Positions 53,763 to 61,890 of a DNA stretch of 64,000 nt are shown here, in pieces; the stretch's first letter is position 1; the number at the start of each line of letters is the position of its first letter. The translations under genes and the position numbers were made by a program. Under the pieces are notes generated by a model. The model made no database searches, was not told where the DNA came from, and saw nothing but the letters and a program-made list of their open reading frames with translations. The stretch is taken from the NCBI GenBank assembly GCA_035695125.1, contig DASSEU010000025.1:113526-177525 (forward strand), read 5' to 3'. The stretch is from Acidimicrobiales bacterium. Lineage in GTDB: Bacteria; Actinomycetota; Acidimicrobiia; Acidimicrobiales; JAJPHE01.

Positions 53763-53962
53763 GGTCCCATTCTTCCGATCCCCCCGGGCAGGGGCCACTT
53801 CCGCCGGGTGACTAGGCATCGGGGCCTCGCGTCGCGCCGACTAGTCAGTTGGGACCATTTTCGGTGGCACAGCCATGTCAGTCGTCAAGGGGCGGGCTAG
53901 TTCCGCCGAGTTTCGTGAGTGTCAAGCCGGCGAGGAGCCGGCCCGGAGCCCCGGGGGACAGC

Positions 53963-54664
53963 GTGATCCAAGCTAGGAAGCCGCTCATCGTGGCGATGGC
54001 GGTGGGACTGGCGGCGGCCGGAGCCGGCGCGGGGGCATTCGCCTCCTTCAGCGCCGAGACCACCAACAGCAACAACGTCTTCGCCACCGGGACCCTGATC
54101 CTGAGCGACACGGTCGGGTCGGGGACCACCTGCTTCTCCTACAACGGCACCAACAACTCGGCATCCTGCAGCGCCTCGGACCAGCAGCTGGTGGCGTCGG
54201 CCACCCTCAACAAGCCGGGCCAGACACAGTACGCCGACGTCACTCTCACCGGAGCCGGCACGATCGATGCCTCCGCCCTCAAGATCTACGGCCCGGCGGT
54301 CTGCAGTGACGGCAACGGGACCGACACCCATGTCACGGGGACCGGCTCCCTCTGCGGCAATGTGCAGTGGTTCGTCGAGGAGGACACCGACAACACCTTC
54401 TCGACCCCGGTCTCCAGCGGGTGCCTGTACGGTCACGCCAACGGGAACGGGTGCGACTTTGCCGGGACCTATCCACTCAGCACGTTCTTCGGCAGCGGGG
54501 CCGGAGGCCATGTCGGCTCCGCCAATGCCCTGACGCTGCCGGGCACCCTCGCCAGCGGAACCAGCCGCTACTTCCGGGTGGGATTCAACCTGCCGGCCTC
54601 GGCCGACAACACCTTCCAGAACCGGACGGCATCGTTCGCCCTCACCTGGCACGCCGACCAGTAA
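53963..54664 (+). CDS. TasA/camelysin-like secreted protein, paralogue 1 (SipW-cognate leader)
   Basis: GTG with GGGGGA upstream. The leader KPLIVAMAVGLAAAGAGAGAFASFSAETTNSNNVFATGTLILSD matches the TasA-type GGGT.A.F......N.F..GTL.LS pattern. The C-terminal end NTFQNRTASFALTWHADQ resembles the TasA end N.YQG......F.F.A.Q. Confidence 0.8.
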   Translation: MIQARKPLIVAMAVGLAAAGAGAGAFASFSAETTNSNNVFATGTLILSDTVGSGTTCFSYNGTNNSASCSASDQQLVASATLNKPGQTQYADVTLTGAGTIDASALKIYGPAVCSDGNGTDTHVTGTGSLCGNVQWFVEEDTDNTFSTPVSSGCLYGHANGNGCDFAGTYPLSTFFGSGAGGHVGSANALTLPGTLASGTSRYFRVGFNLPASADNTFQNRTASFALTWHADQ

Positions 54665-54689
54665 CGGGCCGGACGGGAGTCCAAGGGAG

Positions 54690-55418
54690 ATGACGAACCT
54701 ACGGAAGGCATTGCTGAGCGTCGTCGTCGTGGCCTCGGCCGCGACCGCGGCTGGTGGGGGCACCTTCGCCTCCTTCTCGGCGGAGACGACCAACAACTCC
54801 AACGTATTCTCCACGGGCACGGTCGAACTGAGCGATCAGGTGAACACCGGGACGACGTGCTACTCGTACGGCGCGGGGGTGTCCAACTCGACGAACTGCA
54901 CCGGTTCCGACCAGCAGTTCATCACGGCTGCCACCGCCGCCAAGCCCGGGGCCGTCTACACCGCTCACGTCACGATCACCAATGCCGGCAGCCTCCCTCT
55001 GAGTGACCTCAAGGTCTGGGGAACCGCGGCCTGCACCGATGGCAACGGGGCGGACACCCACATCACTGGCACGGCCTCGGTCTGCCAGAACACCGAATGG
55101 TACGTCCAGGAGACCGACAGCTCCTTCGCGACCAACCAGATCTGCCAGTACGGGGACGACACCGTGAACCATGTGTGTGACCTCTCCGGCACCTCCTACC
55201 CGCTGTCCAAGTTCTTCGGGACGGCTGCGGGTGGCCACGTCGGTTCGACGAACGGCCTGCTGATCTCGAACGCCGACAACGGCACGGGTACAGCGGAGAC
55301 GATGGCGGTGGGGGCCAGCCGCTACTTCGTGGTCGGGTTCACCCTGCCGTCGACGGCCGACAACACCTTCCAGAACCGAACAGCCTCGTTTGCCCTGACC
55401 TGGCACGGAGACCAGTGA
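54690..55418 (+). CDS. TasA/camelysin-like secreted protein, paralogue 2
   Basis: AAGGGAG lies before the ATG. Leader ...ATAAGGGTFASFSAETTNNSNVFSTGTVELSD. It shares the Cys pattern and the NTFQNRTASFALTWHGDQ end with paralogue 1. Confidence 0.82.
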   Translation: MTNLRKALLSVVVVASAATAAGGGTFASFSAETTNNSNVFSTGTVELSDQVNTGTTCYSYGAGVSNSTNCTGSDQQFITAATAAKPGAVYTAHVTITNAGSLPLSDLKVWGTAACTDGNGADTHITGTASVCQNTEWYVQETDSSFATNQICQYGDDTVNHVCDLSGTSYPLSKFFGTAAGGHVGSTNGLLISNADNGTGTAETMAVGASRYFVVGFTLPSTADNTFQNRTASFALTWHGDQ

Positions 55419-55426
55419 CGTGACCG

Positions 55427-56146
55427 ATGGTGAGCTCCGGGAGGTCCCTACCGCGCAAGGTGCTGATCAGCCTCCTCGTCGTCGGGCTGACGGCGGCGCT
55501 GGCAGGCGGGGAGACCATGGCGTCGTTCAACGCCGAGACCACGAACAGCTCGAACGTGTTCGCGACCGGCACCCTCTACCTGAACGACGCCACCTCGTCG
55601 CAGACGACCTGTCTCTCCTCCAGCGGGAGCGGCAATGTGAATGCGGCGTGCAACGCCGTGTTCAATGTCTCAGCCCAGAAGCCGGGATCGTCGGGGACCT
55701 ACACCGTGACGATCACGAACGACGGCTCGGTCAACGCCGGGGACTTCCAACTCACGTCGTACCAGGATGCCTCGCATATCGGTTGCTCGAGCTCCAACGT
55801 GTCGGGCGCGGTGTACAGCGGTACGGGAAACCTGTGCTCGGACGCCAACGAGCTGACCTTCTATCTGGAGGAGACCTCCGGTGGCACGAACCGCTGCGTG
55901 TACCCGGCCTCCAACTGCACCACGACGCCGGGCACCCTGGCGGGCTTCGCGTCCCTGTATGGCAGCCAGGCCGGTCCGGGAGCCTCGGGCGTGTACGGCT
56001 TCTCCGCTCTCACCGGCTTCAGCGGCCCGCTGGATGCGGGGGAGAGCCGGGTGTTCCAGATCGGCCTGAGCCTCAGCGCCTCGGCCAGCAACAGCTACCA
56101 GGGCATCCAGGCGGTCATGCCCCTCACCTGGCACATCGACCAGTGA
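55427..56146 (+). CDS. TasA/camelysin-like secreted protein, paralogue 3 (more diverged)
   Basis: Leader ...LTAALAGGETMASFNAETTNSSNVFATGTLYLND. C-terminus NSYQGIQAVMPLTWHIDQ. Confidence 0.8.
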   Translation: MVSSGRSLPRKVLISLLVVGLTAALAGGETMASFNAETTNSSNVFATGTLYLNDATSSQTTCLSSSGSGNVNAACNAVFNVSAQKPGSSGTYTVTITNDGSVNAGDFQLTSYQDASHIGCSSSNVSGAVYSGTGNLCSDANELTFYLEETSGGTNRCVYPASNCTTTPGTLAGFASLYGSQAGPGASGVYGFSALTGFSGPLDAGESRVFQIGLSLSASASNSYQGIQAVMPLTWHIDQ

Positions 56147-56159
56147 CCGGAGACGCGTC

Positions 56160-56987
56160 ATGACGACTGTTGCCGAACCGTCCGGCGTCGCGCCCGGGGG
56201 CGCTCCCGGCGAATGGAGCTGGATCGACACCCTGAACACCCTCTGGCAGCAGCACGAGGAGCTAACGGCCGAGGCCCAGATCCTCCGCCGGCAGCTGGCG
56301 GACGTCGAGGCCGAGCTGGAGAAGCATGCTTTGGCGATGGAGAAGGCGCGGGACCTCCGGGAGCTGCTCCGGGACGTGCGCCCGCCCAATACAGCTCCGG
56401 TGGTGGGCGGGGAGCCGGCCGTGGCCGCTGTCGACCCGGTTGCGCTCTCCCGGTCGCGCCGGTCACTGCCGGGGCGCCTGATCCGCGCCGCGGGGATCGG
56501 GGTGGGGGGCCTGCTCCTGGCGGCCATGCTGTTCCTCAGCGTCGGGCCCCGCCTCCTGCCCTACCAGTCGCTCGTGGTCCGCTCGGGCAGCATGTCACCT
56601 CACATCCCGGTCGGCTCGCTCGTTCTCTACCACCGCGCCGCCGCCACCCAGATCAAGGTCGGGGACGTGATCGTGTTCGCCAAGCCGGGGAGCCCCGACG
56701 AGAAGGTCACCCACCGCGTCTACCGGATCGGTCAGGGACCAAACGGCCGGTACTTCGAGACCAAGGGTGACGCCAACGGGGCGCCCGACGCCTGGCGCAT
56801 ATCCGCCACCGGCAGCGGTTGGGTGGCCTTTGCCCACGCGCCGGACGTCGGGTACGTGTTGGGCTACCTGCAGACGGGGTCGGCGCGCATGCTGCTGATC
56901 GTCGTCCCGGCGCTGCTCCTCGGGGTGCTCACCCTGATCGAGATCTGGCGCCCCCGGAGCCGGGCCCGGCGCGTGGTGGCCGCCTGA
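56160..56987 (+). CDS. Type S26B (SipW/archaeal-eukaryal type) signal peptidase I with ~105-aa N-terminal coiled-coil extension
   Basis: SGSMSP (catalytic Ser), KVTHRV (His), ETKGDANGAPD and a C-terminal TM (LLIVVPALLLGVLTLIEIW). GGAGA lies 6 nt before the ATG. The N-terminal region QQHEELTAEAQILRRQLADVEAELEKHALAMEKARDLRELL precedes the first TM. Confidence 0.85.
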   Translation: MTTVAEPSGVAPGGAPGEWSWIDTLNTLWQQHEELTAEAQILRRQLADVEAELEKHALAMEKARDLRELLRDVRPPNTAPVVGGEPAVAAVDPVALSRSRRSLPGRLIRAAGIGVGGLLLAAMLFLSVGPRLLPYQSLVVRSGSMSPHIPVGSLVLYHRAAATQIKVGDVIVFAKPGSPDEKVTHRVYRIGQGPNGRYFETKGDANGAPDAWRISATGSGWVAFAHAPDVGYVLGYLQTGSARMLLIVVPALLLGVLTLIEIWRPRSRARRVVAA

Positions 56988-56990
56988 GTC

Positions 56991-57965
56991 ATGGCGGGCG
57001 GCAAGGAGCCGGGAGCCCGCCGCCTGCCTGGGCTGCGCGAGTCGGCGGTGATGGGGCTGGCCCTGGTCCTGCTCCTGCTGCGGGGAACGGGGGGCGGCAC
57101 CGCGGCCTCACTCAGCGGCCAGGATGGCAACGCCGCCAATACCTGGGCCACCTTTTCGGTGGCACCGCCGGGCACGATCTCCCCGACGCAGTCGGGAAGC
57201 AACGTCGATGTCTCGTGGGGCGCCAGCTCGAACGCCTCGAGCTATCTCGTCCAGGGCTCCAGCGCGGGCAAGACCGCCAGCTGTGCATCAGTGACGTGGG
57301 GCACCCTGGCGGCGGCCAATGCCACCACCTCCTACACGGACACCGGCCGGGTGACGACCAGCCAGGGGAACTACTACTGCTACCAGGTCACCTCCAACGA
57401 CCCGTCGGGATGGACGAGCGTCAACAACCCGAGCACCGCCTTCTCGGTCGGGTTGTGGATCACATCGTGGTCGTGGACCAATGCCGTCCCCAGCCTCTCC
57501 GGAGACTGCACGGGAACGTACGGTACGAACTGGGGGAAGACCAACACGCTCGACTGCGGGGACACGATCACCGTCGCATTCAGCGCCGCTGTTGATCAGA
57601 CCCTGTTCACGGCTTCGAACTCGGCGGTCTGCGTGTTCTCGGCGGGCAGCGGGACGATCCTCCTCGGCGACACCCATGCCAGCGGCTCCACAAGCTGTGG
57701 CACGACGTCGGACGCCCATACCCTGGGCCAGATCACCGGAAATGGCACCTTGAGCAAGAATGCCAAGTTCCCCCTCTACGCTGTGTCCTGGTCGGGGAAC
57801 CAGGTGACTCTGACTCTCGGTATCCCCAATACGGCGTCCGCCGAGAAGATCGGCACAACCTGGACACTCACGCCGTCGACATCGCTGGCGGCCCCCTCCG
57901 GGGGCCAGGGCCAGGTCGGCTGCACCGTGGCCAGCTGCACCGCCACGTACGCCGCCAACTCCTGA
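56991..57965 (+). CDS. Secreted Ser/Thr/Gly-rich protein with SipW-cognate-like leader and FN3-like segment
   Basis: Starts 3 nt after the peptidase gene. Leader [35 protein letters not shown]. An FN3-like stretch ([19 protein letters not shown]...YYCYQVTS) is present. Confidence 0.7.
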   Translation: MAGGKEPGARRLPGLRESAVMGLALVLLLLRGTGGGTAASLSGQDGNAANTWATFSVAPPGTISPTQSGSNVDVSWGASSNASSYLVQGSSAGKTASCASVTWGTLAAANATTSYTDTGRVTTSQGNYYCYQVTSNDPSGWTSVNNPSTAFSVGLWITSWSWTNAVPSLSGDCTGTYGTNWGKTNTLDCGDTITVAFSAAVDQTLFTASNSAVCVFSAGSGTILLGDTHASGSTSCGTTSDAHTLGQITGNGTLSKNAKFPLYAVSWSGNQVTLTLGIPNTASAEKIGTTWTLTPSTSLAAPSGGQGQVGCTVASCTATYAANS

Positions 57966-58032
57966 CGCCCGGGCCCGGCGCCTCGGCCCCGCCGCTCCGG
58001 ACCGCCGGCGGCCCGCGACCGGCGTCGAGGCG

Positions 58033-58106
58033 TGCCGACGGAGAGATTCGAACTCTCACTGACGACGACCTAAACGTCGTGCCTCTGCCAGTTGGGCTAC
58101 GTCGGC
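58033..58106 (-). tRNA. tRNA with anticodon UAG (Leu by anticodon) but class-I architecture (5-nt variable loop); 74 nt, CCA not encoded
   Basis: Hand-folded cloverleaf: GCCGACG ta GCC(C) aacuggcag (A)GGC a CGACG uuUAGgu CGUCG ucagu GAGAG uucgaau CUCUC CGUCGGC a. It has a canonical T-loop, U33 and G37. Confidence 0.75.
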
Positions 58107-58171
58107 GGACCGGGTCGAGGCTACCGCCCGTGGTACCGGGCCGGGGGCGGCGCCGACTACCCTCGGGCCCC

Positions 58172-58798
58172 ATGGCCCAGCAACGCGACCCGATCCCCCC
58201 CGGCCTGGCCACCGTCACGGCCCAGACGAACCTCGGCGACCGCTCCATGGACATCTACAACCGGCTCCTCCGTGAGCGCATCGTGTTCCTGGGCACCCAG
58301 ATCGACCAGAGCTCGGCCAACCTCACCTGCGCCCAGCTGCTCCTGCTCGAGGCTGAGGAGCCGGAGAAGGACATAGCCCTCTACATCAACTCCCCCGGGG
58401 GGTCGGTCACCGACGGTCTGGCCATCTACGACACCATGCAGTACATCCGCTGCGACGTGGCCACGATCTGCGTCGGCCTGGCGGCGTCGATGGGCCAGTT
58501 CCTCCTGTGCGCCGGCGCTCCGGGCAAGCGCTACGCCCTCCCGCACAGCCGGATCCTCATGCACCAGCCGTCCGGCCAGATGCAGGGCCAGGCCGCCGAC
58601 ATCGCCATCCAGGCCGAGCAGATCGTCTACCTCAAGCGGATGATGGCCGAGCGCATCGCCCACCACACGGGCCAGCCTGTGGAGCGGATCGAGGCGGACT
58701 CGGACCGGGACCGGTGGTTCACGGCGGAGGAGGCCAAGGACTACGGGTTCATCGACCAGGTGATCACCCGGTCGGTGTCCACGGCCATCTCCACCTGA
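58172..58798 (+). CDS. clpP: ATP-dependent Clp protease proteolytic subunit
   Basis: [27 protein letters not shown] (Ser), ILMHQP (His) and [13 protein letters not shown] (Asp). Confidence 0.93.
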   Translation: MAQQRDPIPPGLATVTAQTNLGDRSMDIYNRLLRERIVFLGTQIDQSSANLTCAQLLLLEAEEPEKDIALYINSPGGSVTDGLAIYDTMQYIRCDVATICVGLAASMGQFLLCAGAPGKRYALPHSRILMHQPSGQMQGQAADIAIQAEQIVYLKRMMAERIAHHTGQPVERIEADSDRDRWFTAEEAKDYGFIDQVITRSVSTAIST

Positions 58799-58800
58799 GC

Positions 58801-59793
58801 ATGAGTATCACCAGCCGGCCCGTTCCCGCTGCCGCGGGTGGCGGGCGGCCCGCCGGGGGGCGCTCCGTGGACGGCGCCTCCGAACGGGTGCGGGTGATAA
58901 CGCCGCAGGTCCGGGTCCTGCCCCGGCTGGCCGACATCTGGGCCTACCGGGAGTTGCTCCTGTCGCTCGTGCGCAAGGAGCTGACGGTGAAGTACAACTC
59001 CAGCTTCCTCGGGATGCTGTGGTCGATGCTGAACCCCGCTTTCACGCTCGGCATCTACTACTTCGTGTTCCAGATCGTCCTGCACAGCGGGATCAGCGCC
59101 TTCGCCATCTTCCTGATGTCCGGACTGCTGGCCTACAACCTCTTCTCCTACTCCCTGATGAACGCCACCGGCACCATGGTCGGCAACGCCGGCATCGTGA
59201 AGAAGGTCGCCTTCCCGAGGGAGATCCTGCCGCTGGCTTCCGTGGGGGCCGGCATCGTGTTCTTCTTCTTCCAGGGGCTGGTGCTCCTGATCGTGCTCGT
59301 GGCGGCGCGGTACTCACCTGGCTTCAGCTATCTGCCCGAGCTGATCCCCGCCTTCGTGGCGCTGGTGCTCCTCTGTGCCGCCCTGGCGGTGCTGCTGTCG
59401 GCGGTAAACGTGTACCTGCGGGACACGCAGCACTTCGTCGAGCTGATCGTGGGGGCCGCCTGGTTCTGGGCCACCCCGATCGTGTACTCGTACCAGCAGA
59501 TCTCGTCGGAGCTGGCCAAGCACCATCTGCCCACCTGGCTGCCGTGTATCAACCCCCTCACCGACATCGTCCTGGTCTTTCAGCGGGCCATCTACGCCAG
59601 GGTGTACGGCGGCAAGGTGACGTCCGGCTCTCTGACGAAGGTGCCCCTCTCCAGCCGGCAGCTGCTTCCCCAGGCGGGGGAGTGGTGGTACCTCTGGCAC
59701 GTCCTGATCGTGTTCGGCGTGGCGGTGGTGCTGATGGGGGCGGCGCTGGCGGTGTTCGCCCGCCTGGAAGGGAACTTCGCCGAGGAGCTGTGA
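58801..59793 (+). CDS. ABC-2 type polysaccharide/teichoic-acid export permease (Wzm/TagG-like)
   Basis: WAYRELLLSLVRKELTVKYNSSFLGMLWSMLNP signature plus 6 TM helices. Confidence 0.85.
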   Translation: MSITSRPVPAAAGGGRPAGGRSVDGASERVRVITPQVRVLPRLADIWAYRELLLSLVRKELTVKYNSSFLGMLWSMLNPAFTLGIYYFVFQIVLHSGISAFAIFLMSGLLAYNLFSYSLMNATGTMVGNAGIVKKVAFPREILPLASVGAGIVFFFFQGLVLLIVLVAARYSPGFSYLPELIPAFVALVLLCAALAVLLSAVNVYLRDTQHFVELIVGAAWFWATPIVYSYQQISSELAKHHLPTWLPCINPLTDIVLVFQRAIYARVYGGKVTSGSLTKVPLSSRQLLPQAGEWWYLWHVLIVFGVAVVLMGAALAVFARLEGNFAEEL

Positions 59794-59797
59794 CGAC

Positions 59798-60760
59798 TTG
59801 ACTGAAGAGCAGAGTGGGACCGTCGACCTGGACAAGGTCATGGGGGAGATCCAGGAGGAGGTACGGCGGCGCCGGGCGGCCGGGGACTTCCCTCCCAGCC
59901 TCGAGCGCGAGCTCGACCTCGTGTTCGACCGGTTCGTGCCGGTGGGGCCGCTGGACGGGGACTTCGGGGAAGCCATCAAGGCGGCCGACCGGGCCGCCTA
60001 CATAAACGTGGCCGTGCCCACCGCCTCGCAGAAGCCTGGTGTCGGGGAGGTCAAGCGGGTCCTGCGCAAGGCCATGGCCTGGTACCTCGAGTACCTGGCC
60101 CAGCAGATCACGGCCTTCAGCACCTCCACGGTGCGGGCCCTCAGGACCCTGGCCGAGCGCACGACCCATCTCGAGGAGCAGCTGGCCGAGTGGCGCCCGG
60201 CCGAGGATGACGGCCGGGACCGTCCCGCCGAGGCGCCCGATCTCTCGGAGTGGGAGCAGGCCGTGGTCGGGCACTTCTCGGCCGTCACCGGGCGCGTGCT
60301 CCACGCCGAATGTGGCCAGGGCGCCATCGTGCAGGCCCTGCGCGACGCCGGGGTCGACGCCTACGGGGTGGACCCCCGAGGCCCCCTGGTGGACGCGGCG
60401 GTGGCGGCGGGTCTGGAGGCGTGGCCCGACGACCCGGTGTCCCATCTGGGGGCGGTGGCCGACGCGGGACTGGCGGGCCTGGTCCTTTCGGGATGCGTCG
60501 ACCGGCTGTCGCTGGGGCGCCAGCGCCTGCTGGTGGAGCTGGCGGCGGCCAAGCTGGCGCCGGGCGGGCGCCTCGTGATCCTGGGGGTCAACCCGGAGCG
60601 CTGGCCGGAGGCGGTACCGGCCCTCGAGGCCGACCTGGCCCCGGGCCGGCCCCTCCACGCGGTGACGTGGTCACACCTCCTCGACCGGGCCCGCTTCGAG
60701 AACACCACCACCACCGACGGCGCAGTGATGTCGCTCGTCACCGCGGTCCGCCCGGCCTGA
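59798..60760 (+). CDS. Coiled-coil + class I SAM-methyltransferase-domain protein (possible glycan chain-terminating methyltransferase)
   Basis: TTG start. N-terminus DLDKVMGEIQEEVRRRRAAGDFPPSLERELD, a helical middle region, then VLHAECGQGAIV...GGRLVILG (motifs I and post-I). Confidence 0.5.
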   Translation: MTEEQSGTVDLDKVMGEIQEEVRRRRAAGDFPPSLERELDLVFDRFVPVGPLDGDFGEAIKAADRAAYINVAVPTASQKPGVGEVKRVLRKAMAWYLEYLAQQITAFSTSTVRALRTLAERTTHLEEQLAEWRPAEDDGRDRPAEAPDLSEWEQAVVGHFSAVTGRVLHAECGQGAIVQALRDAGVDAYGVDPRGPLVDAAVAAGLEAWPDDPVSHLGAVADAGLAGLVLSGCVDRLSLGRQRLLVELAAAKLAPGGRLVILGVNPERWPEAVPALEADLAPGRPLHAVTWSHLLDRARFENTTTTDGAVMSLVTAVRPA

Positions 60761-60801
60761 CCAGGCGGAATGAACCTGCCGTTCCGGACCGCCCCCAGCT
60801 C

Positions 60802-61890
60802 GTGAGCGCATCGGCGGTGCACCAGTTCATCCCGTCGTTCGTGGCGCGGGACGCCATCGGCGGCCACGCCCTGCAGGTGCAGTCCGTGCTGCGCGGCATG
60901 GGGCTGTCGTCGGACGTGTACGTAGCCAATGCCTCTTCAGAGCACGCCGCCATATCCCGTCCCTACGACAGCTACCGGCCCCGCCCGGGGGACTGGATGC
61001 TCTACCAGGCCTCGACCGGGCACCGGATGGCGGACTGGCTGCTCGAACAGACCCCACCGCTGCTCGTGAACTACCACAACGTCACACCGCCGGCGCTGCT
61101 CGAGACGTGGGAGCCTGGGCTGGCGGACGAGGTGGCCGAGGGCCGCCGGCAGATCGGCAAGCTGGCGGTGGCGGCCCGCCACGCCATCGCGGTGTCCCGG
61201 TACAACGCGGCCGAGCTGGACGAGCTCGGCTACCGGTCGACCTCGGTGGTCCCGCTCATCCTCGACCTGGACGCCCAGGCGGCCGAGCCCGACCGGGTCA
61301 CCCTCGACTGGCTGGCGCGGGGCAAGGAGAGAGGTGGGGTCGACCTCGTGTTCGTCGGACGCATCGTCCCCAACAAGGCTCAGCACGAGCTCGTGAAGGT
61401 CCTGGCCGCCTATCGGCGCGCCTACGACCCCCGGGCCCGCCTGCACCTGGTCGGGGGGGCGGCCTCGCCGAACTACCTGCGGGCCCTGCGCCGCTTCGTC
61501 GGCGCCCTCGACCTCTGGGACGCCGTCGACCTGGCCGGCTCGGTGAGCGACGCCGAGCGGGCCGCCTACTACGCCGGCGCCGACGTCCTCGTGTGCCTCT
61601 CCGACCACGAGGGCTTCTGCGTCCCGATCCTCGAGGCCATGCACGCCGGGGTCCCGGTCGTCGCCTACGGGTCCACCGCCATCCCGGAGACCGTGGCCGG
61701 CGCCGGCGTGGTCCTGCCGGCCAAGACGCCGGCGCTGGTGGCCGCCGCCGTCCACCGGGTGGTGTCGGACAGCGATCTGCGGGGCCGGCTCGTGGATGCC
61801 GGGCGGGCCCGGGCGGAGGAGTTCTCACCGGCCCACACCCGCCCGCGGTTCGCCGCCGCCGTCCAGGCCGCCCTGGGGGAGTCCGGGTGA
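60802..61890 (+). CDS. GT4-family (GT-B) glycosyltransferase
   Basis: FVGRIVPNKAQHELV...SDHEGFCVPILEAMHAGVPVVA (EX7E). Confidence 0.85.
   Translation: MSASAVHQFIPSFVARDAIGGHALQVQSVLRGMGLSSDVYVANASSEHAAISRPYDSYRPRPGDWMLYQASTGHRMADWLLEQTPPLLVNYHNVTPPALLETWEPGLADEVAEGRRQIGKLAVAARHAIAVSRYNAAELDELGYRSTSVVPLILDLDAQAAEPDRVTLDWLARGKERGGVDLVFVGRIVPNKAQHELVKVLAAYRRAYDPRARLHLVGGAASPNYLRALRRFVGALDLWDAVDLAGSVSDAERAAYYAGADVLVCLSDHEGFCVPILEAMHAGVPVVAYGSTAIPETVAGAGVVLPAKTPALVAAAVHRVVSDSDLRGRLVDAGRARAEEFSPAHTRPRFAAAVQAALGESG

Noticed and set aside
53820-53962. Palindrome GACTAGTC (53839-53846) and several GTCA(A/G) repeats upstream of the first TasA-like gene.
   Set aside because: The elements are short and individually expected by chance, and no convincing -35/-10 pair was found. 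I mention them only as a place to look for the operon's regulator site.
53820-58106. Possibility that the TasA-like operon is a tRNA-integrated genomic island. Likewise for 5.3-44.1 kb at the ssrA 3' end.
   Set aside because: I could find no integrase, recombinase or transposase gene, and no direct repeat of the tRNA or tmRNA 3' end, in the window. I therefore do not call a mobile element. The synteny break is reported only as an inference.
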